IMG/VR virus record: IMGVR_UViG_3300027021_000002
Location: 67,572-125,197 of that record
DNA length: 57,626 bases
Direction: 5' to 3' (one strand)
Source of the DNA: a virus
Shown: positions 27,885-37,207 of the stretch, piece after piece
Numbering within the stretch: the stretch's first letter is position 1
Layout of the letters: each line of letters begins with the position of its first letter
Program-made: the position numbers and the translations under genes
The notes under the pieces: generated by a model
What the model was told of the DNA's origin: nothing
Seen by the model: the letters and a program-made list of their open reading frames with translations, nothing else
Database searches by the model: none

Positions 27885-28205
27885 ATGAGACCAATAGATG
27901 CTGACGCACTAACACAAGATATTCTATCACTAACCGTTCTATACGACAATGAGTATTACAAAGGTAGAGCAGACGAGCGTAATGATATACTGCAACGCAT
28001 TCAAAGTGAACCGACCGTTGAAAAGTGCGGCAAAATTGTTTGGTTCGAAGAAAGAGTATGCGGAAATCCGCTTGATGGCTACGAGTATAACTGGGGATGG
28101 CAGTGTAGTGAATGCGAATATGTTTTTGATGACGAGTATGATGACCCGGACTGTTCCCCAGACGTGAAATATTGTCCAGACTGTGGAGCGAAGATACTAA
28201 AATAA
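27885..28205 (+). CDS. phage zinc-ribbon protein
   Basis: MRPIDADAL...CSEC...YCPDCGA. Confidence 0.75.
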   Translation: MRPIDADALTQDILSLTVLYDNEYYKGRADERNDILQRIQSEPTVEKCGKIVWFEERVCGNPLDGYEYNWGWQCSECEYVFDDEYDDPDCSPDVKYCPDCGAKILK

Positions 28206-28235
28206 AAGGCGCATTTTAATTAAGGAGGAATGACG

Positions 28236-28382
28236 ATGACAGAAAGATGTTCTATTTGTGGTCATTGGATGGAAGAACGCATGCAATATGGAGAACCATT
28301 ATCCATATGGTACAAATGCGTAAACCCAGAATGCCCAAATGGAAAAGAAACAAAGATAACCTACGGCACATCGACTAATTAG
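28236..28382 (+). CDS. small zinc-ribbon protein (48 aa)
   Basis: Hand translation CSICG..CVNPEC; lies between palindromes at 28203 and 28388. Confidence 0.6.
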   Translation: MTERCSICGHWMEERMQYGEPLSIWYKCVNPECPNGKETKITYGTSTN

Positions 28383-28424
28383 ATAAATGAAAAGAAACTT
28401 TTAATAAAGAGAAAGGAGGATAAT

Positions 28425-29429
28425 ATGTCTATTTGTAAATTTTGTGGAGAAGACGATGGGAGTACCTTTTATACGTGTAATGCTTGCGGAAAAAAGTTTT
28501 GCCATACATGTTTTAAAAAATATGATCGTCAACAATGGTTATGCCCAGACTGCATCAAAAAGCACAACCCAAGTCTATGGCGCGAAAAGAATGGAATTCC
28601 AAAGAGGGGAGGTGAGGGAATGAAGTACAAGGTTGGCGATAGGGTACAAGTAAAAAGCCTTGAAGAACTTGAAGAGTATGACAATGGCGATAATGAATAT
28701 ACCATATACGAAAATATGAAAGAGTTTGCTGAACAAATCGTTACCATCGAAGCTATTGATCCATATGGTAATGGAGATAAAGACTACCATATCGAAGAAG
28801 ATGATGGCGAAGATTACTGGACCGATGATATGTTTTCGGGACTTGCAAGCGAATGCAAAACTCCAAAATCTCACAAATTTAAAATAGGTGATATTGTACA
28901 CGGCGTAAAAGGTGCTCCATACACTTTCACAGATGAAGATATGAAACAAGGGCAAGTTATTGCTGTATACGATGTAGATTGCGACGATGAAGATGATATT
29001 AGGGTAAAGATCTTAGAACATTCAAACAATTTTCGAGTTGGTGATGAATGGAAGGTTAATAGTAAGTATTTCAAACTCGTCGAGCCAACAGAAAAAGAAA
29101 AACCAATTAACCCATGGGACACGTTGTTCAAACGAGAATATCCATCAATATGGGGAGGCTTAGATGCAACAATATCGGCTACTCCAACGTGGATATCATT
29201 CGGGGACACATGGGGAGCAGATAGAACCACTCGCAACCCCGGAGACCGTGTGCGCCTAAAGGACGCCGAATTGCTAACTAATATCCTCAACGAATCTCCC
29301 TGGGCAGACAGAGGTATTCTGCAAAGGGCTGGGCAAGTTGTTACTATTGCTGGACCACATAGTCTTAACAAGACGTGGTACAAAATAAAGGAAGACACAA
29401 ATACTTATTCAGAAGAAATGTTTAATTAG
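28425..29429 (+). CDS. Zn finger plus SH3/KOW-like module protein
   Basis: Cys-rich N-terminus, KYKVGDRV, KFKIGDIV; internal SD+ATG at 28620. Confidence 0.7.
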   Translation: MSICKFCGEDDGSTFYTCNACGKKFCHTCFKKYDRQQWLCPDCIKKHNPSLWREKNGIPKRGGEGMKYKVGDRVQVKSLEELEEYDNGDNEYTIYENMKEFAEQIVTIEAIDPYGNGDKDYHIEEDDGEDYWTDDMFSGLASECKTPKSHKFKIGDIVHGVKGAPYTFTDEDMKQGQVIAVYDVDCDDEDDIRVKILEHSNNFRVGDEWKVNSKYFKLVEPTEKEKPINPWDTLFKREYPSIWGGLDATISATPTWISFGDTWGADRTTRNPGDRVRLKDAELLTNILNESPWADRGILQRAGQVVTIAGPHSLNKTWYKIKEDTNTYSEEMFN

Positions 29430-29443
29430 AAAGGAGGAGAAAG

Positions 29444-30262
29444 ATGAAGTTTCAAGTAGGAGATATTGTATGCGGCACATCTGACGAATATGGATATACA
29501 AATACGCATATGACCAGAGGTGAAGTGACGGGGATAAGAGAAGACGGGAAAGTCTATATAAAAATTTTAGAACATACTTATGGGCACTGTGTAGGTGACG
29601 CGTTCCCGGTTGATCCAGATGATTTTAAATTGATTAAAGAAATAAAGAAAGGAGATGTAAAAATGACTAAGAATGCACGGAAGGTAAAGAAAGATTTTGA
29701 AGCAAAAATCGAGGAGATGGAGCAGGACTTTAAGAATCAGATGAAGTCCAAGGACGAAGAGATTGAGGAACTTCAGGAGAAGCTTACGAAGAAGGACCGT
29801 GAGTTTGCCAAGAAGGATGCAAAGAAACAGTACGACCACGAGATGGAGATCGAAAACATTAAGTTGTCGAACGCTCGTGAAATGAGCGAGAAAGACATCG
29901 ACCACACCGAAGAACTTACCGAGCAGAAAGAGACCATTATTGGCCTCAAGGCAGAGAATGAGCGTCTTGAAAGCACCGTTAAAGCCTTGAAGAAGCTTGG
30001 TGTGTCCGAAGAGATCCTAGCTGAGAATAGCACCTTGAAGGCCCAGGTAAGCGGACTTGAGTACACCGTGAAGCACATTACTGATTTGCTTGATGAGTGC
30101 CGTTCTGAGAAGGACTTCGATAAGGTATATGGTCTTATTAAACAGGCTCAGGAATATGCTGATGAGCGTACACAGAAGATTATGGATTCCGTATCTAAGA
30201 TGATTCCCGACATGCCGGAAATAAAGGTTGTGAGTCAAGTTGTTACACCGGAGGAAGACTAA
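29444..30262 (+). CDS. SH3-like module plus coiled-coil protein
   Basis: MKFQVGDIV followed by a long heptad region. Confidence 0.7.
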   Translation: MKFQVGDIVCGTSDEYGYTNTHMTRGEVTGIREDGKVYIKILEHTYGHCVGDAFPVDPDDFKLIKEIKKGDVKMTKNARKVKKDFEAKIEEMEQDFKNQMKSKDEEIEELQEKLTKKDREFAKKDAKKQYDHEMEIENIKLSNAREMSEKDIDHTEELTEQKETIIGLKAENERLESTVKALKKLGVSEEILAENSTLKAQVSGLEYTVKHITDLLDECRSEKDFDKVYGLIKQAQEYADERTQKIMDSVSKMIPDMPEIKVVSQVVTPEED

Positions 30263-30277
30263 AAGTTTAATTACCAA

Positions 30278-30316
30278 GTGGTTGGCATATGGAAAAGTTG
30301 TCTGTGTGCCAACCAC
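30278..30316. other. intergenic hairpin
   Basis: GTGGTTGGCATA...TGTGCCAACCAC. Confidence 0.5.
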
Positions 30317-30340
30317 AATATCCTTAAATAAGGAGTAACT

Positions 30341-30709
30341 ATGAAAGATATAAAACTCCACCCCAAGAGTGAGAAATTAATCAAAGAAACTTTTGGCTGG
30401 TATACACAAGTAGGTCAGCCAATTGAAAAGATCAACGGTCGATGTGTGATACATATGTATCCAACCGAAGATACTTATGACGAAAACGGAGAGTTAGTCG
30501 GATATAGAGATGCATTATTCTTCAACGTTCATGTTTATGATGCCGAAAATAGGATCTGCTATATCAGAAATAGAGCTGACGCCATCACGACGGGTGATGT
30601 AGGCGTAACGGTTAAATACTTTAAAGACGGTAGTACTATGCTTGTTATGGACGGAAATATTGACATTATATACGGACAAGCAATTTGTATACACAAAGAA
30701 TTGAAATAG
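30341..30709 (+). CDS. hypothetical protein
   Basis: AAGGAG SD. Confidence 0.7.
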   Translation: MKDIKLHPKSEKLIKETFGWYTQVGQPIEKINGRCVIHMYPTEDTYDENGELVGYRDALFFNVHVYDAENRICYIRNRADAITTGDVGVTVKYFKDGSTMLVMDGNIDIIYGQAICIHKELK

Positions 30710-30732
30710 GAATTTTATGTAAGGAGTAAATT

Positions 30733-31257
30733 ATGATTGTTTTTATGTCATTGATAACACTAATGATTGTTGTTAATGCGTGGTGGAATTTGACCCCAAT
30801 TGATTGGTCAAGATATAGCAATGAACGCATTAAGGGTATTTTTATATTAATATTTTTATTTCTTGGATTAGTAGGATTTTTCGTTTTCCCATTTGTATAT
30901 CAATATGATGACACGACACAATTAGTTGTTACGTCTGAGGCTCCAATTTATTCCGTAGTTGATAATACTAGCGTTTCCGGTGGTTTCTTTCTTGGGTGTG
31001 GTTATACTGGGTCAGACCTTAATTACTACTACATTACTAAAGATGAATTCGGAGAAAATGTAAATAAAGTATCAGCAACTAGCACCTCTATCAAAACAAT
31101 AGATGGTGATCCAAGAATTGTCCAATACGAATATCAGCACACCAAAAAGGGACAGGGATGGTTTGTAATAAGGGCTTGGTTCCCACTCAAAAAGCGTACT
31201 GTGCTTGAAGTTCCCGAAGACACTATCAAATACGATTATAATATTGATCTTCAATAG
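30733..31257 (+). CDS. membrane protein
   Basis: Two N-terminal TM segments; GGFFLGCG. Confidence 0.7.
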   Translation: MIVFMSLITLMIVVNAWWNLTPIDWSRYSNERIKGIFILIFLFLGLVGFFVFPFVYQYDDTTQLVVTSEAPIYSVVDNTSVSGGFFLGCGYTGSDLNYYYITKDEFGENVNKVSATSTSIKTIDGDPRIVQYEYQHTKKGQGWFVIRAWFPLKKRTVLEVPEDTIKYDYNIDLQ

Positions 31258-31271
31258 GGAGGAAATTAATA

Positions 31272-31496
31272 ATGCCTTGTAATTGTCAGAGCGAAATGAA
31301 GAAAAAGTTTAAAGAGAAACTATATCCCAACGCAACCTCAATCGATGGTCAGTATGAAATATTATCTGGACGCGCCTATATGAATTACACAGTACACGAA
31401 GAGGGTAAAAAGAAGCCTGTCGAGGTTCCCGTTTTATTGAGTTATTGTCCGCATTGCGGAGAACCTTATGATACTTCAAAGCCGGAGACAGAATAG
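31272..31496 (+). CDS. small Zn-binding protein (MxCxC...YCPxCG type; resembles Tad1-like proteins only in this motif)
   Basis: MPCNC...YCPHCG. Confidence 0.6.
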   Translation: MPCNCQSEMKKKFKEKLYPNATSIDGQYEILSGRAYMNYTVHEEGKKKPVEVPVLLSYCPHCGEPYDTSKPETE

Positions 31497-31879
31497 TGTC
31501 TGACACAAAAAAATCATTTAAATACACCTATACTCGTCCTAGTCTTGACTGGTTCGAATATGTTGATGTTGAAATAAAACCTGACGACTATTACTACTTT
31601 AAACTTAATCGCAGATTTGGCCCGTCTTGGTGGCTTATTGGGACAAACCCAGTTGACGAACCAACATACCATTGGAAAGAAACAGAAATAGGGAAAATAA
31701 ACGAAGAAGACCTGGTACGATTTATTAAGTGGGCAGAAACCGATATAGGTAATAAGATAACCTCAATAGATATGATCTGCGGCTCATTCAACGTGTTTGA
31801 AGAAACAGAAAAAATTCTGAAACCATTACGTAAAAGTGGATGGGCACCACAAAAATACACCGAAGAATTATTTAAATAA
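31496..31879 (+). CDS. hypothetical protein
   Basis: Coupled GTG start. Confidence 0.65.
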   Translation: MSDTKKSFKYTYTRPSLDWFEYVDVEIKPDDYYYFKLNRRFGPSWWLIGTNPVDEPTYHWKETEIGKINEEDLVRFIKWAETDIGNKITSIDMICGSFNVFEETEKILKPLRKSGWAPQKYTEELFK

Positions 31880-31911
31880 AAAGAACAATTTAATAAAGGA
31901 GGATTAGTAAT

Positions 31912-32076
31912 ATGGTAGACATTGAGGATATGAAATCATGTATACAGGAATGGATGGCACAGGGGCCAAGTGCCGTTTGCCTCGCAAAAACGTATGCTGA
32001 AATCAGAACAGAATTAGATAAACAACTTGAATTTTGTATGACTGTATTTACAGAACCGGAGTACGACGAATCATGA
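31912..32076 (+). CDS. hypothetical protein (54 aa)
   Basis: Hand translation; AAAGGAGG SD. Confidence 0.55.
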   Translation: MVDIEDMKSCIQEWMAQGPSAVCLAKTYAEIRTELDKQLEFCMTVFTEPEYDES

Positions 32077-32231
32077 AGTTTGTGGTGGTGGTGCTGGCAC
32101 TAATTGCCTTCGTGCTTGTAGCGATTGGATTTGTAACTGTAAATACAAAGGTTAGTAAATGGTTTTTGTATTCTGGACTATTCTTGTCTGTTGTGACCAT
32201 GTTTGCTCTCGCAGCACTAAATTTCGTATAA
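32073..32231 (+). CDS. small membrane protein
   Basis: ATGA overlap; two hydrophobic segments. Confidence 0.6.
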   Translation: MKFVVVVLALIAFVLVAIGFVTVNTKVSKWFLYSGLFLSVVTMFALAALNFV

Positions 32232-32241
32232 GGAGACAATT

Positions 32242-32424
32242 ATGAAACACAGGACTGACAAAAGGGGTAAATGGTATAGAACCATGTGTCTCGAATGCAA
32301 TCTACGCTGTTGCAGGTCGATGAAATCTCGATTTCAATCATGGTGGGAGATGTGGAAGTATTTTAGAGAGTGCAAGAGTGACCAAGTAACTTTTGATAAG
32401 TTGAAGAAAGAGAGTATGAAATGA
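32242..32424 (+). CDS. hypothetical protein
   Basis: AAGGAG SD. Confidence 0.55.
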   Translation: MKHRTDKRGKWYRTMCLECNLRCCRSMKSRFQSWWEMWKYFRECKSDQVTFDKLKKESMK

Positions 32425-32738
32425 GCGGTGGTTATAGGGTAGTGACATTGTGCGGGAGTACGAGATTCAAAGACGCATTTGAACGAGCACAAAAGGAATT
32501 AACCTTACAGGGGTACATTGTTATTTCGGTTGGACTATTTGGACATGCCGATCAGGAATACGAAAAACGGATTACGGATGATGTAAAAATTATGTTAGAT
32601 GACATGCATAAGCGGAAAATAGATATGTCTGATGAGATATATGTAATTAATGTCGAAGGATATATTGGCGAAAGCACGGCTTCGGAGATCGCATATGCAA
32701 ATACAACAAACAAAATGGTTAGATATTTAGAATATTGA
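32421..32738 (+). CDS. NDT/DUF4406-like Rossmannoid protein
   Basis: TLCGS.RF...HKRKIDMSD.IYVIN..GYIGEST..EI.YA. Confidence 0.65.
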   Translation: MSGGYRVVTLCGSTRFKDAFERAQKELTLQGYIVISVGLFGHADQEYEKRITDDVKIMLDDMHKRKIDMSDEIYVINVEGYIGESTASEIAYANTTNKMVRYLEY

Positions 32739-32767
32739 AATGGCAATTTCAAGAAAGGAGAAAATCT

Positions 32768-33169
32768 ATGAGTTTAAAAGAAAAGTATTTAAAGAACTAC
32801 AGAATTGTTGAAACTAGAGAAGGAAATTTTTATTTAGTCGTACGCGATGCTGACTGTCCCTTTCGCGACGGAGGAGTGGATTTACTTTCTGGAGTAAACA
32901 ATGGTGCTGGATTTATGCTAATTGAGAGCTTTTCTGATGATCTTACTACACCAGACTTCTGTTATGAAAAAAGTAGATATGATATTATTGCGGTTTATAA
33001 AATCATTAACAATTTAATACATAAAATATTTAATGATAATGGCGAAATTGACAAATCTCAATTATCATTGATATGGAGACGCGAACCATCTCGCAAAACC
33101 ATGACCGTATCTCAAATTGAAAAAGAACTTGGTTATCCAATTGAGATCATCAGTGAAGAAGATGTTTGA
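32768..33169 (+). CDS. hypothetical phage protein
   Basis: YDIIAVY...LIWRRE...MTVSQIEKELGY. Confidence 0.7.
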   Translation: MSLKEKYLKNYRIVETREGNFYLVVRDADCPFRDGGVDLLSGVNNGAGFMLIESFSDDLTTPDFCYEKSRYDIIAVYKIINNLIHKIFNDNGEIDKSQLSLIWRREPSRKTMTVSQIEKELGYPIEIISEEDV

Positions 33170-33289
33170 ACTTATCTTTGTAGCTATCATTATGGGAACA
33201 CAAATCATATTTGCTTGTGCAGGACTATCGTTAATAATCGCTTTATTATATGGCGAAATTAAATTACTAAAAACAGAAAGGAATTAATT

Positions 33290-33640
33290 ATGCAGGTACT
33301 TGACATTGTAACTTTTCAGGACGCAGCAACCGCTACTGGTTACGGAACAGCACATGCTGTTGGATCAGCAAATCAGGTAGCAATCTATGTAACACGGACG
33401 GGAGACGCCTCTACGAGCACAGTAAATTTCGCTGGCAAAGATGTAGACGGTAATTGGTATGCGGTTTATGCAACCCTTCAGGTTGACGGAAGTAAAGCAA
33501 CGTCTACAGAAGGTAAAGACGAGTGTTGGATTATTGACACAACACCTTGGGTTGAGATCCGTACTGGTATTAGTGCAATCTCTGAGGGAGAAGACGACTC
33601 CGTGACCGTTAAGGGTAGGTTTGTAAATACGGCAGCTTAA
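33290..33640 (+). CDS. Thr/Ala-rich beta-sandwich protein
   Basis: Alternating beta pattern, DVDGNWY. Confidence 0.6.
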   Translation: MQVLDIVTFQDAATATGYGTAHAVGSANQVAIYVTRTGDASTSTVNFAGKDVDGNWYAVYATLQVDGSKATSTEGKDECWIIDTTPWVEIRTGISAISEGEDDSVTVKGRFVNTAA

Positions 33641-33663
33641 GTTAAAATGCTTCTTTCATCTAA

Positions 33664-33875
33664 GGGCGGGTCGGGGAATAGGTAGACCCTAGGCAACACA
33701 GATATGGGAATAGCCGTTTCATTTCCCAACCGAACGCATCAGCAGATGTGAAGTGATACCCGGAAGCCTTCGGCAAAGGTATGCGGTATAGAGGGAGCCT
33801 AGCAATGCCACGAGGCCACGGTGCGTCTTGTGTGGTGACTTTACGGGTTAGCCTGTCAAATCCACACCCCGCCCA
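33664..33875 (+). ncRNA. tRNA-like RNA C (about 100-nt anticodon insertion, T-loop insertion)
   Basis: GGGCGGG/CCCGCCC; GGG-GAATAGGTAGA-CCC; TAGGC/GCCTA; GTGTGG-TGAC..GTC-AAAT-CCACAC. Confidence 0.8.
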
Positions 33876-33899
33876 TTTCGTTTTATTGGAGGATAAAAT

Positions 33900-34097
33900 A
33901 TGAGTAAACCATATATAGAATTGATAGGTTGCGATAGCGGCGATTGGTCAGTATTAAGAGTTAATCTTGGAGAAGATTTCAAAAGAGAAGGGCACTCAAT
34001 TTCCGACTATGACTGGATGGCTTTATTAAATCTTCTAGGGTTTGAGGTAGATTACAAAATAATCAGCGATGAAGATATGGAATATGGGCGGTATTAA
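33900..34097 (+). CDS. hypothetical protein
   Basis: GGAGG SD. Confidence 0.65.
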   Translation: MSKPYIELIGCDSGDWSVLRVNLGEDFKREGHSISDYDWMALLNLLGFEVDYKIISDEDMEYGRY

Positions 34098-34098
34098 G

Positions 34099-34269
34099 AT
34101 GTATGCCGTGATTCAATGGGTATGCACTAAGAAATGCGCAAAACAAATACTGGGACACCTTAAGGATGCTGACGAGATGTTTTGGGATATGCGTCGAGAC
34201 ATTCTTTGTATCAAAGAAGATGGATGCGATAAACTCATATTTCCAAACGACTGTATAAAGTTTGTTTAA
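34099..34269 (+). CDS. hypothetical protein
   Basis: ORF ends just before a palindrome. Confidence 0.5.
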   Translation: MYAVIQWVCTKKCAKQILGHLKDADEMFWDMRRDILCIKEDGCDKLIFPNDCIKFV

Positions 34270-34305
34270 TGAAAATTATGTTTTAATAAAGAGAAAGTTT
34301 AATAA

Positions 34306-34851
34306 ATGAAAGTAGATATATTTAATACTGACAAAAAATACAATATTGTTTACGCAGATCCCCCTTGGAGCTACAGAGATAAGTGCCGCTCAGGTCAACG
34401 TGGAGCAGAATATAAATATCCATGTATGAATATCAGCGATATTAAAAATCTTCCGGTTCAATCTATTACCGATCAGGATTGTGTTTTGTTTCTCTGGGCA
34501 ACATTTCCAATGATTCAAGAAGGATTAGACACGTTAAAAGCATGGGGTTTTACATATAAAACAGTTGGCTTTGTCTGGGTTAAGAAAAATAAGAAATCTG
34601 ACTCATGGTTTTGGGGGATGGGTAACTGGACAAGAAGCAATAGCGAAATATGTTTACTCGGAACCAAGGGACGCCCTAAAAGAATAAGCGCGGGTGTACA
34701 TTCTGTTATTGATGATCGAATTGAAAAACATAGCAAAAAGCCAGACTCAGCACGAAAACGAATTGTAGAACTGTGTGGGGACATCCCTAAAATCGAACTA
34801 TTTGCACGGCAAAGTATGAGTGACTGGGATTGCTGGGGTAACGAAGTATAA
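34306..34851 (+). CDS. MT-A70 family adenine methyltransferase
   Basis: ADPPW, LFLWAT, HSKKP, IELFAR, WGNE. Confidence 0.92.
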   Translation: MKVDIFNTDKKYNIVYADPPWSYRDKCRSGQRGAEYKYPCMNISDIKNLPVQSITDQDCVLFLWATFPMIQEGLDTLKAWGFTYKTVGFVWVKKNKKSDSWFWGMGNWTRSNSEICLLGTKGRPKRISAGVHSVIDDRIEKHSKKPDSARKRIVELCGDIPKIELFARQSMSDWDCWGNEV

Positions 34852-34897
34852 AGCAGTAAAAGTTTAATAAAACCTAGATTTTAAGTAAGGAGTAAAC

Positions 34898-35473
34898 ATG
34901 ACAGATAAATCACTAATGGGAAGTAGGCTTGCTGGTGGTAACACAGCGTACAGTCGCAACCAGTCCGATTACTACCCAACACCACCAGACGCGACAGAAG
35001 CATTGTTGCAGCACTTATCCCTACCGCAAAATACATACATATGGGAACCAGCTTGCGGGGAGGGGCACATGGCTGATGTATTTATAAAACATGGACATAG
35101 GGTTATAGCATCAGATTTGATATATCAGGGATATGGGGATGGAGAGGTAGATTTTCTTACAGCAGATTTGCCAAATGGCGTTGAATGGATAATTACAAAT
35201 CCACCATTTAATTTAGCAGAAGATTTTGTTCGTCGCTGTTCTACACATGGTAAACCGTTTGCTCTTTTGCTTAAGTCACAATACTGGCACGCAAAGAAAA
35301 GATACGAATTGTTTAAAGAGGTTCAACCAACAGAAATACTTCCGCTTACTTGGCGACCAGATTTTCTATTTAAAACAAGGGGAAGGGGATCTCCCGTTAT
35401 GGATTGTTTGTGGTGTGTATGGAATGGCAAGGATACAAAAACATCATATCACCCGCTATTGCGCCCACAATAA
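34898..35473 (+). CDS. N6-adenine DNA methyltransferase-like protein
   Basis: DYYPTP, WEPACGEG, ITNPPF. Confidence 0.85.
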   Translation: MTDKSLMGSRLAGGNTAYSRNQSDYYPTPPDATEALLQHLSLPQNTYIWEPACGEGHMADVFIKHGHRVIASDLIYQGYGDGEVDFLTADLPNGVEWIITNPPFNLAEDFVRRCSTHGKPFALLLKSQYWHAKKRYELFKEVQPTEILPLTWRPDFLFKTRGRGSPVMDCLWCVWNGKDTKTSYHPLLRPQ

Positions 35474-35496
35474 AAATTTAATTATGAGGTGACATT

Positions 35497-35637
35497 ATGA
35501 GTAATAGAACAGCTTATGAATCATACCTACGATGGCATGAATACACACTTGGAGATATTGATGACCCAATGACTTATACAGAGTGGGAAGCAGAACTATG
35601 GAATATCGGAATTGATCAAGAAAGGAGTGGAGAGTAA
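35497..35637 (+). CDS. hypothetical protein (46 aa)
   Basis: GAGGTG SD; hand translation. Confidence 0.5.
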   Translation: MSNRTAYESYLRWHEYTLGDIDDPMTYTEWEAELWNIGIDQERSGE

Positions 35638-35900
35638 TGTGTAACTCATTATTATGGCTTAAACATGACAACGAAAACGGCGATGAAACATTAACGGCTT
35701 GTGTATCCCTAAAAATAGTACCAGATTATGGACTCACTTACAAATTAACCGCAACAGACATATTGGGGCAGGAAGTAATAGTAAGCAATGCTACGGGGCT
35801 AAATACCAAAGATTCAACCGAATTATTTAATAGAATAGCAGAACATGCACTTGCTTTTGATGTAGAAGGCCAACTAAGCGAAATCAAATTAGACAAATAA
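35637..35900 (+). CDS. hypothetical protein
   Basis: Coupled ORF. Confidence 0.6.
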   Translation: MCNSLLWLKHDNENGDETLTACVSLKIVPDYGLTYKLTATDILGQEVIVSNATGLNTKDSTELFNRIAEHALAFDVEGQLSEIKLDK

Positions 35901-35927
35901 AATTGCGCTTTCAAGTAAGGAGAGAAT

Positions 35928-36251
35928 ATGAATTACGGATCAAACTTCTTTATCCCTAACGGGGCACTGAAAGAAGATCGATTACGTCAAGAAGAGGCTG
36001 CTAAAAGAAATGCGATACATCGGTTTATGGATGAAATCGAATTAGACAAAGTGTATACATTCAGAATGACACGCGAAGAAAGATTTGATACTTTGTATGG
36101 CCCAGGAAGATATATTGAATATCGCTATGAGATAAACGCCGTGCCAGAAATCACATTATCAAATGTCAGTTCGTTAGTAGTTCCTCTTCCTCCTCACGAA
36201 CACTTTATATCTCGTGTATGGAAAAGTATTAAGTATATTGTTAAAGGATAA
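35928..36251 (+). CDS. hypothetical protein
   Basis: AAGGAG SD after a palindrome. Confidence 0.65.
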   Translation: MNYGSNFFIPNGALKEDRLRQEEAAKRNAIHRFMDEIELDKVYTFRMTREERFDTLYGPGRYIEYRYEINAVPEITLSNVSSLVVPLPPHEHFISRVWKSIKYIVKG

Positions 36252-36255
36252 GATT

Positions 36256-36510
36256 ATGATCAACACTAACCCCTTCGACCCAGATCCCGTAACTGATTGC
36301 GAACAATGTCCTAATTGCGGTACATGGTGTGTACCGAAAGATGATGAGGATGGACTATGTTTTAATTGTCGTACAGCAAAAACATATAAAGATTTTGATA
36401 GAGCAATGGAACAAGTTAAATCCGCCACGGACATTACAGACGATGATGTTGCAAAATTAACTGATATAGCACAACAATTCGGACAAGAATTAAAAGAAGG
36501 AGGAAATTAA
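36256..36510 (+). CDS. zinc-finger protein
   Basis: CPNC...CFNC. Confidence 0.6.
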   Translation: MINTNPFDPDPVTDCEQCPNCGTWCVPKDDEDGLCFNCRTAKTYKDFDRAMEQVKSATDITDDDVAKLTDIAQQFGQELKEGGN

Positions 36511-36512
36511 TA

Positions 36513-36734
36513 ATGGATGAAAAACGATGGTGGTGGGTAGTGTCATTTCTATACGGAAATGATAATCCAAGTCTTGGAGAGTACAAATGTGCTATAAATC
36601 GTGGTGAGCTATCTATCGATATGTACAATCTGTTTAAGGACGAAATATCAAAAATCTCTAAATCACCCAAAGATGAAATTGTATTATTGTCTGTAATAAA
36701 TTTTGGAGAATATAAGGAGACAAAAGATGCGTGA
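36513..36734 (+). CDS. hypothetical protein
   Basis: AGGAGG SD. Confidence 0.6.
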   Translation: MDEKRWWWVVSFLYGNDNPSLGEYKCAINRGELSIDMYNLFKDEISKISKSPKDEIVLLSVINFGEYKETKDA

Positions 36735-37032
36735 ACACAAATTTGTCATAGTAAGAACACGAAGGGGTAGCGTTGTAGATTGTTATAGCTTTATGACACC
36801 AGACTACAACAAAGGAAATACTTTGCCAACACTTATGAGTCCAAATAAAGTTGCTGACGAAATAGACTTATTGCATTTTGTAGGCGGTAAACTGGTGGTT
36901 CAGCTAAAAACAAAAAGAACTAATGGGGAAAAAGATTATACGGTTACAGAAGACGTACATTTTGAAGAAGGAATTGTGACCGGGGTAGAGATATATACGG
37001 AATTTGTTTCTGCAAGGGGTAGAAAGTCTTAA
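36727..37032 (+). CDS. hypothetical protein
   Basis: AAGGAG SD before ATG 36727. Confidence 0.6.
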   Translation: MREHKFVIVRTRRGSVVDCYSFMTPDYNKGNTLPTLMSPNKVADEIDLLHFVGGKLVVQLKTKRTNGEKDYTVTEDVHFEEGIVTGVEIYTEFVSARGRKS

Positions 37033-37207
37033 TTGAAACGGAGGTTTTAAGAAGTGCGTTGTATTAATGGAGAGGTATTTCTATCGTCAGAAGAAAAACA
37101 AACTATGAAAGATTTTAAAGAATGGCTAAAAACGTACTTGAAAAACTCCAATGATCCATATCTATTACCAATCAAACTAGACTTGTAAAGGGAGGAAGGA
37201 AAACAAA

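Larger units (their letters stand above)
4850..34868 (+). repeat. asymmetric 16-nt motif ACAGTAARRRWTTAAT (operator or nut-like)
   Basis: Copies at 4850, 22624, 22682, 23271, 34853; degenerate at 30256 and 33273; all on the + strand. Confidence 0.7.

Noticed and set aside
33695-33797. Group I intron in a tRNA anticodon loop
   Set aside because: About 100 nt is too short and no P7 core motifs were seen
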